In this document: in pieces, positions 36,483 to 48,393 of the stretch | Numbering within the stretch: position 1 is the stretch's first letter | Layout: each line of letters opens with the position of its first letter | NCBI RefSeq assembly: GCF_046119375.1 | Contig: NW_027368008.1 | Coordinates: 1-52,993 of the forward strand | Length of the DNA stretch: 52,993 nucleotides | Reading direction: 5' to 3' | Source: Phyllobates terribilis | Lineage: Eukaryota | Notes under the pieces: generated by a model | What the model was told of the DNA's origin: nothing | Seen by the model: the letters and a program-made list of their open reading frames with translations, nothing else | Database searches by the model: none | Position numbers and translations under genes: made by a program

Positions 36483-36737
36483 CTCCCTCTGTCCCTTATT
36501 CTGCTTCATGATTCTTTTTTTTTATATTTGTCGATGCATGTTTTCTATCGCACATATCTTTAAATATATTAACCTAAAAATCTTATTTTGATATTCTTAA
36601 AGCATTTATTGAGACGAATCAAACAAGACCACTCACAACTATGTTCTTAATTATATATTGGAAGATATTAGCAAGATTTCCATAAGCGATGAATAGTGTC
36701 AAAAAAAAGGAAGAAGAGCTTAAGGGGACGGAGGGAG
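36483..36737. mobile_element. Stowaway MITE
   Basis: TA-ctccctctgtccctta ... taaggggacggagggag-TA. Confidence 0.9.
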
Positions 36738-36764
36738 TATATAGGTTCTTCAAATTCTTGTAAT

Positions 36765-37152
36765 TGTTATAAAACGAGTAAGACAAAGTGTCTTAATCTA
36801 AGACTTTAGATTATTAAGACAATGTGTCTTAATATTACTTAAAGGACCACTAAAATAAATTTAAATTGGAAAAGAGAAAGGGAGAGATCAAAAACTTTAG
36901 ATGAGTATTCTTGCTCTTATTTTGGTGTATCCTTTACACTAGAAAATGCCTCTATTTATAGGCAAACATGGGGAGAGAAAACTTAAATTAATCCCCATAA
37001 GATTAGGAGGTAAATAAGGTGAATAATTCACCATTAGAATATCTACCACAAATCTCATATCTACTACAATCATTCAATTGTTCATCAATCATCTAGATAA
37101 AGTTGTGGTTGATATAATTTCTTCATTGGTAGAATTTTCAATATTCACAACA
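36765..37152 (-). repeat. 3' LTR of the Bianca element (388 bp)
   Basis: TGTTAT...CACAACA, adjacent to the PPT; aligns with 43038-43939. Confidence 0.88.
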
Positions 37153-37396
37153 CTCCCCATTGAATATTCACCTTTGAACTGTTGCGGGATATGGATGGGT
37201 GTTGCCTCATTAAAACCTTGTCAGGAAAAACTCGGTGGGATAAAAAAAACCCGATCGAAGGAAAAAGAGTACAATTGTGAATCCCGTTATATGCCTTGAT
37301 GTTGCCTCATTAAAAATCTCGTCAAGCAAAAAACATGTGGGAAAAAACTTGATCGAAGGGAAAAAGAGTGCAGCGCGCATGAAGCTCCCCATGAGA

Positions 37397-40300
37397 TCAA
37401 TGAGTGTCTATGAGTCTGCACATTCCAATCCTTGATCCTAATTCTGCAAACTTCTTGGGAGTTAATGACTTTGTAAACATATCATCCAAATTATCATTCC
37501 ACCGGATCTGTTGAACATTGATTTCTCCAACTTCGTCCAATTCATGGGTAAAGAAGAATTTGGGTAAAATGTATTTTGTACGATCTCCTTTGATATACCA
37601 TTTCTTCATCTGAGCAACGCATGCTGAGTTGTCTTCATAGATCATCGTTGGTCCGTTGATGATAGGCCTCATTCCACATTCCTTCTGGATGAATGTGATC
37701 ATTGCTCCTTCTCTTCATGCCTCGTATAGTGCAATCAACTCGCTTGATTTGATGATGTTGCAGTCACCGTTTGCTTATTTGATCTCCATGATATGGATGT
37801 GCCTCCATATGTGAACACATAACCATTTTGTGACTTGGCTTTACGTGGGTCAGATAAGTATCCTACATCTACATATCCGACCAACGTGGCATCTCTTTGA
37901 GCACGGTAGAACAGTCCCAGATCATGTGTTCCCTGAAGATAGTGAAATATGTGTTTGATCCCATTCCAATGCTTCCTTGTAGGAGTGGAACTAAACCTGG
38001 ACAAAAAATTCACTGTGAAAGTAATATCTGGTCTTGTATTGTTAGTTAAATACATTAAAGCACCAATTGAACTAAGATGTGGTACTTCAGGACTGAGGAC
38101 TTCTTCGTCCTCTTCTCGAGGGCGAAACTGGTCCTTATCAACACTAAGGGATCGAACATCCATGGGTGAAATCAAAGGATGTGCCTTATCCATATTAAAT
38201 CTTCTCATGATTTTTTCAGTATAATTAGATTGATGGACAAAAATTCCTCCATCTAGATGTTCAAATGTAAACCAATACAGAGCTTAGTTTGTCCAAGATC
38301 TTTCATCTCGAATTCTTTCATCAAATATTTTGCAGTTTCTTTGAGTTCATGAGGAGTTCCCACGATGTTTAAATCGTCAACATAGAAAGCGATGATTGCG
38401 AACCCATTTTTGGATCTTTTGACAAAAACACACGTGAATGTGGCATCATTCTTATACCCTTCTTTCATGAGGTATTCACTAAGGCGGTTGTACTATAACC
38501 TTCCAGATTATTTTAATCCGTACAATGACCTCCTTAGCTTTATATCGAATAACCCTCGAGGCTTAGAGTTGTTAGACTCGGATAGTCTTATTCCATCTGG
38601 AACTCTCATATAGATGTCTGTATCAAGTGACCCATATAAGTATGCGGTTACGACATCCATAAGACGCATATGTAATTTCTCAAATACAGTCATGCCGATG
38701 AGGAACCTTAATATGGTTGCATCAACCACTGGAGAGTATGTTTCGTCATAATCAACTCCGGAAATTTGGGAGAAATCTTGGGCTACAAGCCTTGCCTTAT
38801 ATCTGACGATTTCATCCTTCTCAATTCGCTTTCTTATGAAAACCCATTTGTATCCTACTGGTTTTACACCATTTGGTGTATGGACTACAGATCCAAAAAC
38901 TTCTCGCCTTTCTAGGGATCTTAATTCTGCCTGGATGGCTTCTTTCCATTTTGACCAATCTTTTCTTTGACAACATTCGCCAACTGATTTTGGCTAAGCG
39001 TCCTCATCCCCCAACACAACATCTATAGCTATTGAGTAGGCAAATATGTTATCAATAATGACATCTTTTCTATTCCATTGTATACTTGTGTAAGTATAAT
39101 TAATGGAAATTTCATAATTATCGATATTTTGATCGTTGTTCAAAATGTTATTTTCTTGTGAGACATTTTCATTTTCAATTTCGCTGCCTTCATTATCTTT
39201 CTTAGTAGTCATTGTGGATCTCCTATCATACCCAAAGAGTCCTTTGATTTTCTTGGTTTCAAATTCTTTGAACCTAGAAGTCTTCCACGCTTTCGACGCA
39301 TCGTGGACTCATTTTTTATGGACGCTTCAGGCTGTCCAATGGGTATTTCAATCCTTGCTGGAGCATTTTCTGCTGTCACTTTCTTGGTATCTATGAATGC
39401 ATCGGGTAGCTGATTTGCAACATTTTGCAGATGAATAATATTTTGTACCTCTTGCTCACACATTTTTGTTCTTGGATCAAGGTGAGACAATGCTATTGCA
39501 TTCCACGTGATCTCTTTTGTATTTGGATCAATCATTTTCTTTTCTCCCCCTAAGTTTGGCAAAGTTCTTTCATCAAAATGACAATCAACTAATCTTGATG
39601 TGAATAAATCACACGTTATAGGTTCAAGATATTTTATAATCGATGGTGATTCAAAACCAACATATATTCTCAATCTTCCTTGTCGTCCCATCTTGGTGCG
39701 TTGTGGTGGAGCAATGAGGACATATACAACACATACAAATACTTTGAGATGTGAGATGTCTGGTTCCTTTCCAAATACTAATTGTAATGGAGATTGCTCA
39801 TGGTTCGCACTTGGTCTTAATCGGATAAATGTTGCAGCATGTAATATAGCACGTCCCCATGCTGATGAGGGAAGTTTAGACCTCATAAATAATGGTCTAG
39901 CAATTAATTGTAATCTCTTTATTAAGGATTTTGCAAGACCATTCTGTGTGTGAACATGAGCCACGGGATCTTCCACATCAATCCCAATTGACATGCAAAA
40001 ATCATTGAAGATTTGGGAAGTGAATTCTCCGGTATTATCAAATAGGATTTTCTTGATTGTGTAATCCAGAAAATGTGCTCTCAATCGGATTATTTGAGCA
40101 AGGAGTTTAGCAAATGCATTATTTCGAGTGGACAATAGGCTAACATGAGACCAACGTGTAGATGCATCAATTAGCACCATAAAATATCAAAATGGCCCGC
40201 AAGGTGGAGCTATTGGTCCAAATATGTCCCCTTGGATTCTTTCAAAAAATGCAGGCATCTCATTTGCTATTTTACTTGTGGAGGGTCTTATAATAGACTT

Positions 40301-40902
40301 TCCAAGTGAGCATGCAGTGCAGTTGAGTTCATTTGGTGATAGAAGCCTGATATTGTTCAGTGGATGTCCAAATGAATTCTTTGTGATTTTGTGCATCATT
40401 ATCATCCCTAGGTGACCCAAGCGTTCATTCCATAATGTAAACGAAACTTTATCATTTGACTTTTGTCTTATTACTGCATTGACCACAAGTGGATGAATAT
40501 ACGTATAGTATAACCCGAATGTTTGGCTTGACATTCTTTCAAGGATCCTTTTGAGGCTAGATTCATGGCTTATGATGCATAAATATTCTTTTCCATTTTC
40601 ATTTGTGGTTTCCACATTAAACCCATTTTGATGCACGTCTTTAAAACTCAGTAAATTTTTGTGAGATTTACTTGAGTACAATGCATCATTTATTACTAAT
40701 GTTGTTCCGCATGGAAGTAGAACGATTGCTCTTCCGAAGCCTTCGATGAGCTTAGACACTCCCGAGGTTGTAGTGACATTGCCTTCATAGGCTCTTAGGT
40801 GTGTAAAATAATCTTTGTTTCTTAGATTGGTGTGAGTTGTTGCACTATCTAGAAGACATTTCTCCTTCCCATCAAGTTTCATTTTAGGTGGTTCCATGTT
40901 CA
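37397..40902 (-). pseudogene. Copia pol: protease, integrase, RT, RNase H (stops and frameshifts)
   Basis: ORFs 40187-40960, 39209-40180, 38508-38729, 38253-38468, 37735-38208 and 37397-37702 carry consecutive copia pol motifs. Confidence 0.9.
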
Positions 40903-41114
40903 CTATATAAAAAAAAAGTGATACGTAAAATGTTAAAAAAACTTCATATATATTACACAAGGATAGTCATATTATACAAGTACTTAAAGAAAAATATTAC
41001 ACATATAGTTATATTATACATGATTTTATGCGATAACAAAGAAAAAAGGAAAGCATATTATACAATATTATACATTGTGAGACGTGGCATTGACGTTCAA
41101 GACTAGTTCAATCC

Positions 41115-42202
41115 TTAAAAGAGGTATTCATTATCATCGTCAAGGTTCAGAGACAAATTGGTACCTCCTTCTTGGTTAAAGAATATAGGGGTATCCATAT
41201 TTGGCATGTTAATATTTTCAATATTCTCATTCTCAGTGTAATTTGTCTCAGGTGCCTTATCTTTTCCCTTCTCAGTTTGGTACAACCTCACTAAGTGTGG
41301 GGTTGTACGACATAGTCTTGACCAATGATCATTCATGCCACATCTATAACAAGTGGATCTCTGGGAGGGTCCTGCTTGACCCGTCTCGACCTTTGGCTTT
41401 CCATCCCCCTTTGTGCCTTCGTAGCATGGTTGTTGCCATGACCTTTGTTGTATCCTTGGTCACGACCTCTGCCATAGCTGCCACGACCTCCTCGGCCACG
41501 AAAACCTCCAAGGAAACCTCCACGGCCTCCGCGTCGGCGGCCATAATTACGTTGTGCCTTCTATTGGTTGGCGTTTCCTTCAGGCAATCCATTGTCTACA
41601 ATTTTTGCTTCAGAAAGCGTTGTGGAGCCAGTGGGCCTCATATTATGATTTCTCATTAATATTTCACTGTTCTTTTCAGCAACCAATAATACTTTCAGCA
41701 AGTCTGAGTATTTTGTGAATTTCCTCTCCCTATATTGTTGTTGTAACACAACACCTGGGGCATGCATGGTGGAGAACGTCCTCTCCAACATTTGTGACTC
41801 AGTTACTTCTTGACCACATAACTTAAGTTGGGATGTGATCCTGAATAGAGCATTATTATAATCTGATATGGACTTATAGTCCTGGAACCTTAAGTTGCTC
41901 CAATCGTATTGTGCTTCTGGGAGGGGGACCTCCTTTGTATGGCCATAACGTTCATTTAGATTTTCCCACAATACTTTGGAATCATCAACAAATAAATACT
42001 CAGTTTTAAGGCTTTCATGTATATGGTGGCGGAGGAATACAATAGCCTTTGCTTTCTCTTGTGGTGTTGTATTGGCATTTTCATTAATTGTTTGTTCAAG
42101 GCCATTTGCCTTAAGGAGAATGAGGGAATCTACCTTCCACTCGAGATATTTATGACCCGATAAGTCGAGAATCTCAAATTCTCTCTTTGTAATACTTGTC
42201 AT
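41115..42202 (-). pseudogene. Copia gag with RGG-rich tract and zinc knuckle (frameshifted)
   Basis: ORF 41561-42202, then GRRRGGRGGF...GRGGRG and TCYRCGMNDHWSRLC, ending at stop 41115. Confidence 0.88.
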
Positions 42203-42447
42203 TTAAAAAGTTCTACAAATAAAGTTGTAAATATGAGTTAATTAGATATTCATTATTATGCATATATGGATTATATATCATGTGTGAAGCGATATACATG
42301 AATATCTAAAAAGGTGAGTGATCATGTCAATATAGGTGTATCATATCATTTAATGAAAATGATTGTCATAGAGTCAAAAGTATAAATTTAAACAGGGGTC
42401 ATACAGTATAAGGATAATGTAAGGAAAAATTATGTAAGTATACTTAT

Positions 42448-42456
42448 GGCGGGAAA
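42448..42456 (-). promoter_or_regulatory. Canonical E2F-binding motif TTTCCCGCC in the Bianca leader
   Basis: The plus strand reads ggcgggaaa, an exact match to TTTSSCGC. Function is untested. Confidence 0.35.
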
Positions 42457-43037
42457 CTTTAATACCGGTTATTTTCTCTTTTTATCCTTTATAATTACGC
42501 CCCCCTTCTCCCTCTTTTTCACGCGTTCTTATCTTCTTCCTCCACACCTCCATTATCAATCTCTTCTTCCATTTTTCCTTTAACCATTTCCATGGATTCC
42601 GACAAGATTAATCGTCATTTAAGAGCTAGTAATGATCGGTTTTTAACCGAGCTTTTCATTTACCTTGTTCTTATCATGATTACTGTTTTAATTATCATCC
42701 TTTCGATTTGGAAAGCTCCATTTTGAAATCAAGAAAAGTACTTGAAGAGATCTTGAAATGAGAAGTCAGACGAGGTAAGTAAATCTAATATCTTGTTTGT
42801 ATTTTGTTTAGATCTAATAATATGTTTCTATTTTTGGTAAAAATCGTTCTAGATCGAAGAAGAAAATCGAATTTCTGATGTAGAAGATCCCGAGTTTTGG
42901 GCAACTACAGAGCATACTTCTCAAATCGATTTTGTAATAACTCTTGTATAATTATGAGTATGTAATAAAGGAAGTAGAATTTTATACCTTGATGGTTTTT
43001 GGTAAGCGGTGGTTAGAGATTCTTCGTGCTAATAACG

Positions 43038-43939
43038 TGTTATGAAACGAGTAAGACAAAATGTCTTAATCTAAGACTTTAGATTATTAAGACAAGGTGT
43101 CTTAATATTACTTAAAGGACAACCAAAATAACTTTTAACTGTGAAAGAGAAAGGGAAAGATCAAGAACTTTAGATGAGTATTCTTGCTCTTATTTTGGTG
43201 TATCATTTACACTAGAAAATGCTTCTATTTATAGGCAAACATGGGGAGATAAAATTTGAATTAATCCTCATACGATTAGGAGGTAAATAAGGTGAATAAT
43301 TCATCATTAGAATATCTACCACAAATAGGGTTGTTCAAAGTATGGTTTTAACCGAATCCGAACCGAACCGAATAAACCGAAACCGAACCTATGGTAATTC
43401 GGTTCGGTTTTCGGTTTGTATATTTTTGAAGTTCGGTTTTCGGTCCGGTTCGGGTTCGGTTAAAACCGAAAACCGAACCTATAATTTCTAAATGCCTAAA
43501 AATCCCTAAATTAGCTAAAATTCTAAATGTAAAACCTAAATCTAAAATCCCTCCCTCACCTCTCAGACTCGCCAAGCTTTTGAGCAGTTTTTTTTTCCCC
43601 ATTTATTCGGTTTAATATGCACACAAGTTATGTTTAATTTAGAATTTTTAAGAAGATTAAAGCTATATTTAAATTTATTATTCAGTTCATTTGGTTTATC
43701 CGGTTTTTAATAATTACAAAAACAAAACCATAAAACTTTATTCGGTTTATTCGATTAAACCGAAAACCGAACCGAAACCGAACCGAACTAGTTTAGTTCG
43801 TTTCGGTTTTCGGTTGGCATTTTTTCCTAGTTCGGCTTTCGGTTCGGTTCGGTTCAGTTTGGTTCAGTTCGATTTTAACCGAATGAACAACCCTAACCAC
43901 AAATCTCATATCTGCTACAATCATTCAATTATTCATCAA
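43038..43939 (-). repeat. 5' LTR of the Bianca element, interrupted by a hAT MITE and lacking its outer ~64 bp
   Basis: About 20 substitutions in the first ~290 aligned bp versus the 3' LTR by manual count (~7%). Homology stops at ttcatcaa (43939). Confidence 0.85.
43326..43895. mobile_element. hAT-family MITE (570 bp)
   Basis: TIRs TAGGGTTGTTCA / TGAACAACCCTA. Perfect 8-bp TSD ACCACAAA at 43318-43325 and 43896-43903. Subterminal AACCGA/TCGGTT repeats. Absent from the 3' LTR. Confidence 0.93.
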
Positions 43940-44232
43940 CTAAGCTCTCTTCGAACCCATTGATATGAAATTGAAACTTGGACTATTCACAAGTGCACAA
44001 ATCAAACTGACATCGTTTTCCCTTACAAGTTTCATAAAAAGAATCACTAACCACACAAAAAAAGAACACAAATCTTAAAAAAGAGTTACAACACTACATG
44101 TGAGAGATTATGACAACGACCACCAATACAAGTAGCTAAAAAAAAAACGTCACAACACATGCAAATTTATTCGTGTTCGCTTACGCCACCACTTCAGCTT
44201 ACAAGTACATCAAACTGCACCACCAATGAATT

Positions 44233-47200
44233 CTACAGCTGCTGATTGAGCCATGGATCTCTATACCCATTCACCGAAGCACCCAAATAAGCCGAAACAG
44301 AAGAAACCTTCTCCTTCAACCACGACGTACTCCGCGCAACCCCACTCAAACTCCACCTACTCTCACTCTCCTCCTTCACACTCTGCACGCTTTTCGCTTC
44401 CTCTTCAACCAACAGCTCCACCCACCTCTGCGCCATGAAATCCTTGATAGCTTCGACTCCCTGGCTCAGAATCTCGGGCGGGGGTAGCTCGATAGGGTTC
44501 TGTTCCAAGTTGAGCTTGGTTAGGTTCTCCAGTCTACCGAAAGAGTCAGGGAGCTGGTGGATTTGGTTGTTGCTTATGTCAAGTTCTTTTAGGTTGATTA
44601 GCTCGCCGAGTGTTTCGGGGAGTTCTTGTAGATCGCTGAAGTTGCCACTGAGATTTAGGGATTCGAGGTTTGTTAGGCTTCCGATCGTGGTTGGGAGGCC
44701 TCGGAGTTCGTTGAAATGGATGTCGAGTTGTTGGAGGGATTTCATGCCTCCGATTGATGTGGGTAGGCCCGGGAGTTTGTTGTATTGGACGGAGAGTCTT
44801 TTGAGGAGAATCATTTCGGTGCCGATGTTTGTTGGTAAGTACGCGAGGTTGTTGAAACTCGCATCTAGTTCCTCCAAGGACCTAGAAAGATACGAGGGCG
44901 TTTTTGTTATTTTGGTAGAAGTTTCGCCTTACAGTTTGAAATGCGAACAGACTTTAACTGTGAACCTAAACTGTTGTACTAGGATTGTTGCAGCAGTTTC
45001 AACTACACTGATCGTTCCGTTGATGTAGCATTTTTTACAACTTTTTTTAGCTTAAAAATCAAGAAGTTAAAACCTAGAGTACTTTTAACTGTGAACTGCG
45101 AACAAACTTTAACTGTGAACTTTACTATCTAGAAAGATACGAGGGCATTTTGTTATTTTGGTATAAGTTTCGCCTTACTGTGTGAAATGCGAACAGACTT
45201 TAACTGTAAACTTTACTATCTTATATGTGAACCTAGAGTACTTTTTGTGTGAACCTAAACTGTTGTACTAGGATTGTTGCAGCAGTTTTCAACTACACTG
45301 ATCGTAAAAGTTGTGTTCAAGAAGTTAAAACCACTTTTTCAAAATAATCATTTAAAACTAATAATTTCTTTCCAATGGTAATCTCTAAAAATTCTTCCTT
45401 TTAAAAAAAGAAGAAAAAAGAGATAAAAGAATTGTATTTTGAGGGGATGTGTAAGAGAAATTTGTGTGGAACGTGTTCAGTTCTCGAAGAAGAACCTCGC
45501 ACAAGAACTAAAACAACTTCTACTACACATCCCATAAGAATTCTTGAAGATTTAGAAATTCTTGACCAATTAATCAAAAAGAAAAGTCATAAGAATTCTT
45601 TAATCAATTCTTGGGCTGGGCGAATTTATCTTTTTCTCACTTAGTCGAGTAAAAAGCATAAAGGGGACCACAGAAAAATCCTAATGAAAATTCTGGGTTG
45701 TGATTAAATTGTTAAGATAATTCTTAGCTTATCTGGAAGAGAGAAAATAAAAATAAAAAGATACAAGAAATCAAGTCAAGAAATCACCATTGTGAGTGCT
45801 CTTAATGCTTTCTAATGTAAAGTTTACCTGCAGTAACAAATGCTATCAGGCAGGGCGTTTAGTTTGTTCCCAGAGACATTGAGAATCTTCAAGTTGGTTA
45901 ATAATCCAATGGAATCTGGCAATGATTCCAAGAGATTGGAAGAAATATTTAGCTCCTCGAGGCTTTCTAAGCCAGCAACAGAATCTGGTATTGCCTGATC
46001 GGTCAACAGACATCACAAGTTAAAGAAACTTGGAAGATTGACTCATAGAATTGCACAGAAATACAAGAGTTAAGGACTATGGATATCAATTATGACAATT
46101 AGACATCAAGATAATCATATCACATAATTTTGAGACTCTCGCCAACTCAACTCAGTTCAAAGGAATCTTGTTCCTGAAACAAAACCCCTAGAACATGAAT
46201 TTATACATTGATTTTAGAGAAGAACAGTTAATCAAATCACATTAAAAAGATATAGTATATTCTGGAAATCAATAGACTGATAAACTTTCATAGTATAATG
46301 ACCATGCAAAAATATAAATTATATAATAGATGTTTGTTAATGAAGTGTTCAATGCACCGGAAAAAAGAAGGTTATAACAGAAATCATTATTATAATCTCA
46401 AAAACAAAGAAGAAAAACAAGAGATGCATGCTGAATTATTCATTATCCACAGTTGCAGGCTTTAAAAAATACCAAATGCAAGATTAGTGCCTGACTGGTT
46501 TTAAAGGAAAGCACTAATATGGCTTCATTGAATAATAATAATCAAGTCAGAACTAATTGACTAAAATAGAAGCAGATGAAGCCATGCCAAAAATTGAAGT
46601 CAACCCACAAAAAATAAACTTTAACATATGTAATTTAAGAAATGCAGATAAACATCTTGAAGACCTCACCTAACAGTTTAAAGTGTATAATATTCTTCCC
46701 CAGACAAAAAAAAGGCAGAAGAAAAGAAGAAACTAAATCAGATAATGATAACAGCAAACAGAAGGTGATTCAAAATGTAACAGAAACCATATTTCTTTAG
46801 TCTCAGAAACAAAGAAGAAAAACAATGCATGCTGAATTATTCACAGTTGCAGGCTTTAAACAATACCAAATGCAAGATTAGTGCCTGATTGGTGTTATAG
46901 GAGAGCACTAATATGGCTTCATTAAATAATAATAATCAAGTCATAACTAATTGACTAAAATAGAAGTAGATGAAGACACGTCAAAAATTGAAGTCAAGCC
47001 ACAAAAAACATAAACTCAGATAAACATCTTGAAGACTTCACCTAATAGTTATACATGTATCATATTCTTCCCCAGACAAAAAAAAAAGGCAGAAGAAAAG
47101 AAAAACCTAGATCAAATAATGATAACAGCATCACAGTCTGAATAATAGTAGAATTACTAGAAAAGAGAGGTGCAGTGTGTGATGCAATAGGTTTTATAAA

Positions 47201-48393
47201 TATTGGCAAGCAACAAAAGGATTTGAGCTGATATCTAAACTAACTACAGCTTCCAAACAGAAGGTTTTCAGATCACTGTATTTATGTCAATGAGCTCACT
47301 TAAGAATCAAGATGAACTTGAGCACCAATAGATGCATGGAAACATATCTTCCTGAACAACATGATAGATGATTGCACAATTTAGAAAAGAGGCTCATCCA
47401 TGAGAGAGCAGATCAAAATGATTGCAATATAAAAATTCACTTTCTGAATCCTCGAAGCACTTTCATGATTCAATCTATCCTAAATCTTGCCTTAGCAAAC
47501 CAGGCTAGAACAGCAATAATTCGAATCAAGAACATCCCAATCTATTGCCAGAAATAGAAACAGATCATAATCATAAACTACAAAAGCCAAAATAGAAAGT
47601 CAAAGAATCGAACCTGTAGCTGATTATTCGATAGATTGAGCACAACAAGACCCCGAATCTTCCCAAACGCTTCAGGCAAGAACCTCAACCTCTTGCCTGA
47701 CAAATCCACACGGTTTACATCCCCACCGGATGCATTCTTCCGCAGAATACCAACAACATCATCATTCACCTCCTCGCTCGGCCCCTCATCCACGCCGTCT
47801 TCATCCTCCACCACTCCCTTTCCCGCCCTATCCACAGCTCTAGACGCCGCAACTTCATAAATCTTCATCAACCTCTTCTCCGCATCCTTCAACAGCTTCG
47901 CATACTCCAAGTGCATATCCTCCAACTGTATAATCGATCTATACAACGCCTTCTCCTTCTCCGCTGCTTCCCTCCTCTCCTCCTTCTTATCCGCAAGATG
48001 CGACTCCCAATCGTCTAAACTCACTTCCGACGGCCTCTGTCGCAGAGCCATCTCCTCGAGCTGAAGAGCAAGCTTCGAGTCGATCTCCGCCATCTTCTCC
48101 TTCGCCTTATCAACAGTCTCATGATCGGGACGATCGCCGAGCGCCTCGAGTACAGACCGAGTCTGCGAGATCTCCGTCACCACCTTGGACATCTCAGCTA
48201 TCACCTTCGGGTCCTTCAAATACGGCATCTGCTCCACCAGCGGGTCGACAAAGGGAGCTTCATCAGATTCCGAAGGTGGCGGTGGTTGCTCGATGTCGAA
48301 TCCGGATTCCGGTGAGTCGGATTTGGATCTGAGTGAGGTTAGACGCGATAGCACGAAGTTCACAACCGGGTATGATTTCGGACTCGGATCCAT
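44233..48393 (-). CDS. PIRL: Plant intracellular Ras-group-related LRR protein (PIRL1/PIRL9-like), 531 aa
   Basis: Exons 48393-47614, 45994-45828 and 44881-44233 join in frame (1596 nt). [19 protein letters not shown]-terminus, coiled-coil region, LRRs ([21 protein letters not shown]; [25 protein letters not shown]) and C-terminal DPWLNQQL. The exact orthologue number is uncertain. Confidence 0.93.

Larger units (their letters stand above)
36765..43939 (-). mobile_element. Ty1/copia LTR retrotransposon, Bianca lineage, decayed
   Basis: Two LTRs. PBS-like cgttattagcacga (43037-43024) and PPT atggggag next to 37152. gag EFEILDLSGHKYLEW, protease CLLDSATTH, integrase, RT LMDVVTAYLYGSLD, RNase H NLDDMFTKSL. 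The gag N-terminus, DVVTAYLYG and the PBS type fit Bianca as I know it. Confidence 0.88.

Noticed and set aside
44435-45028. 197-aa plus-strand ORF
   Set aside because: It is the antisense shadow of PIRL exon 3, kept open by LRR codon periodicity.
1195-48393. DP, NBR1 and PIRL as a functional gene cluster
   Set aside because: They belong to unrelated pathways, are separated by TE blocks, and nothing in the sequence indicates co-regulation.
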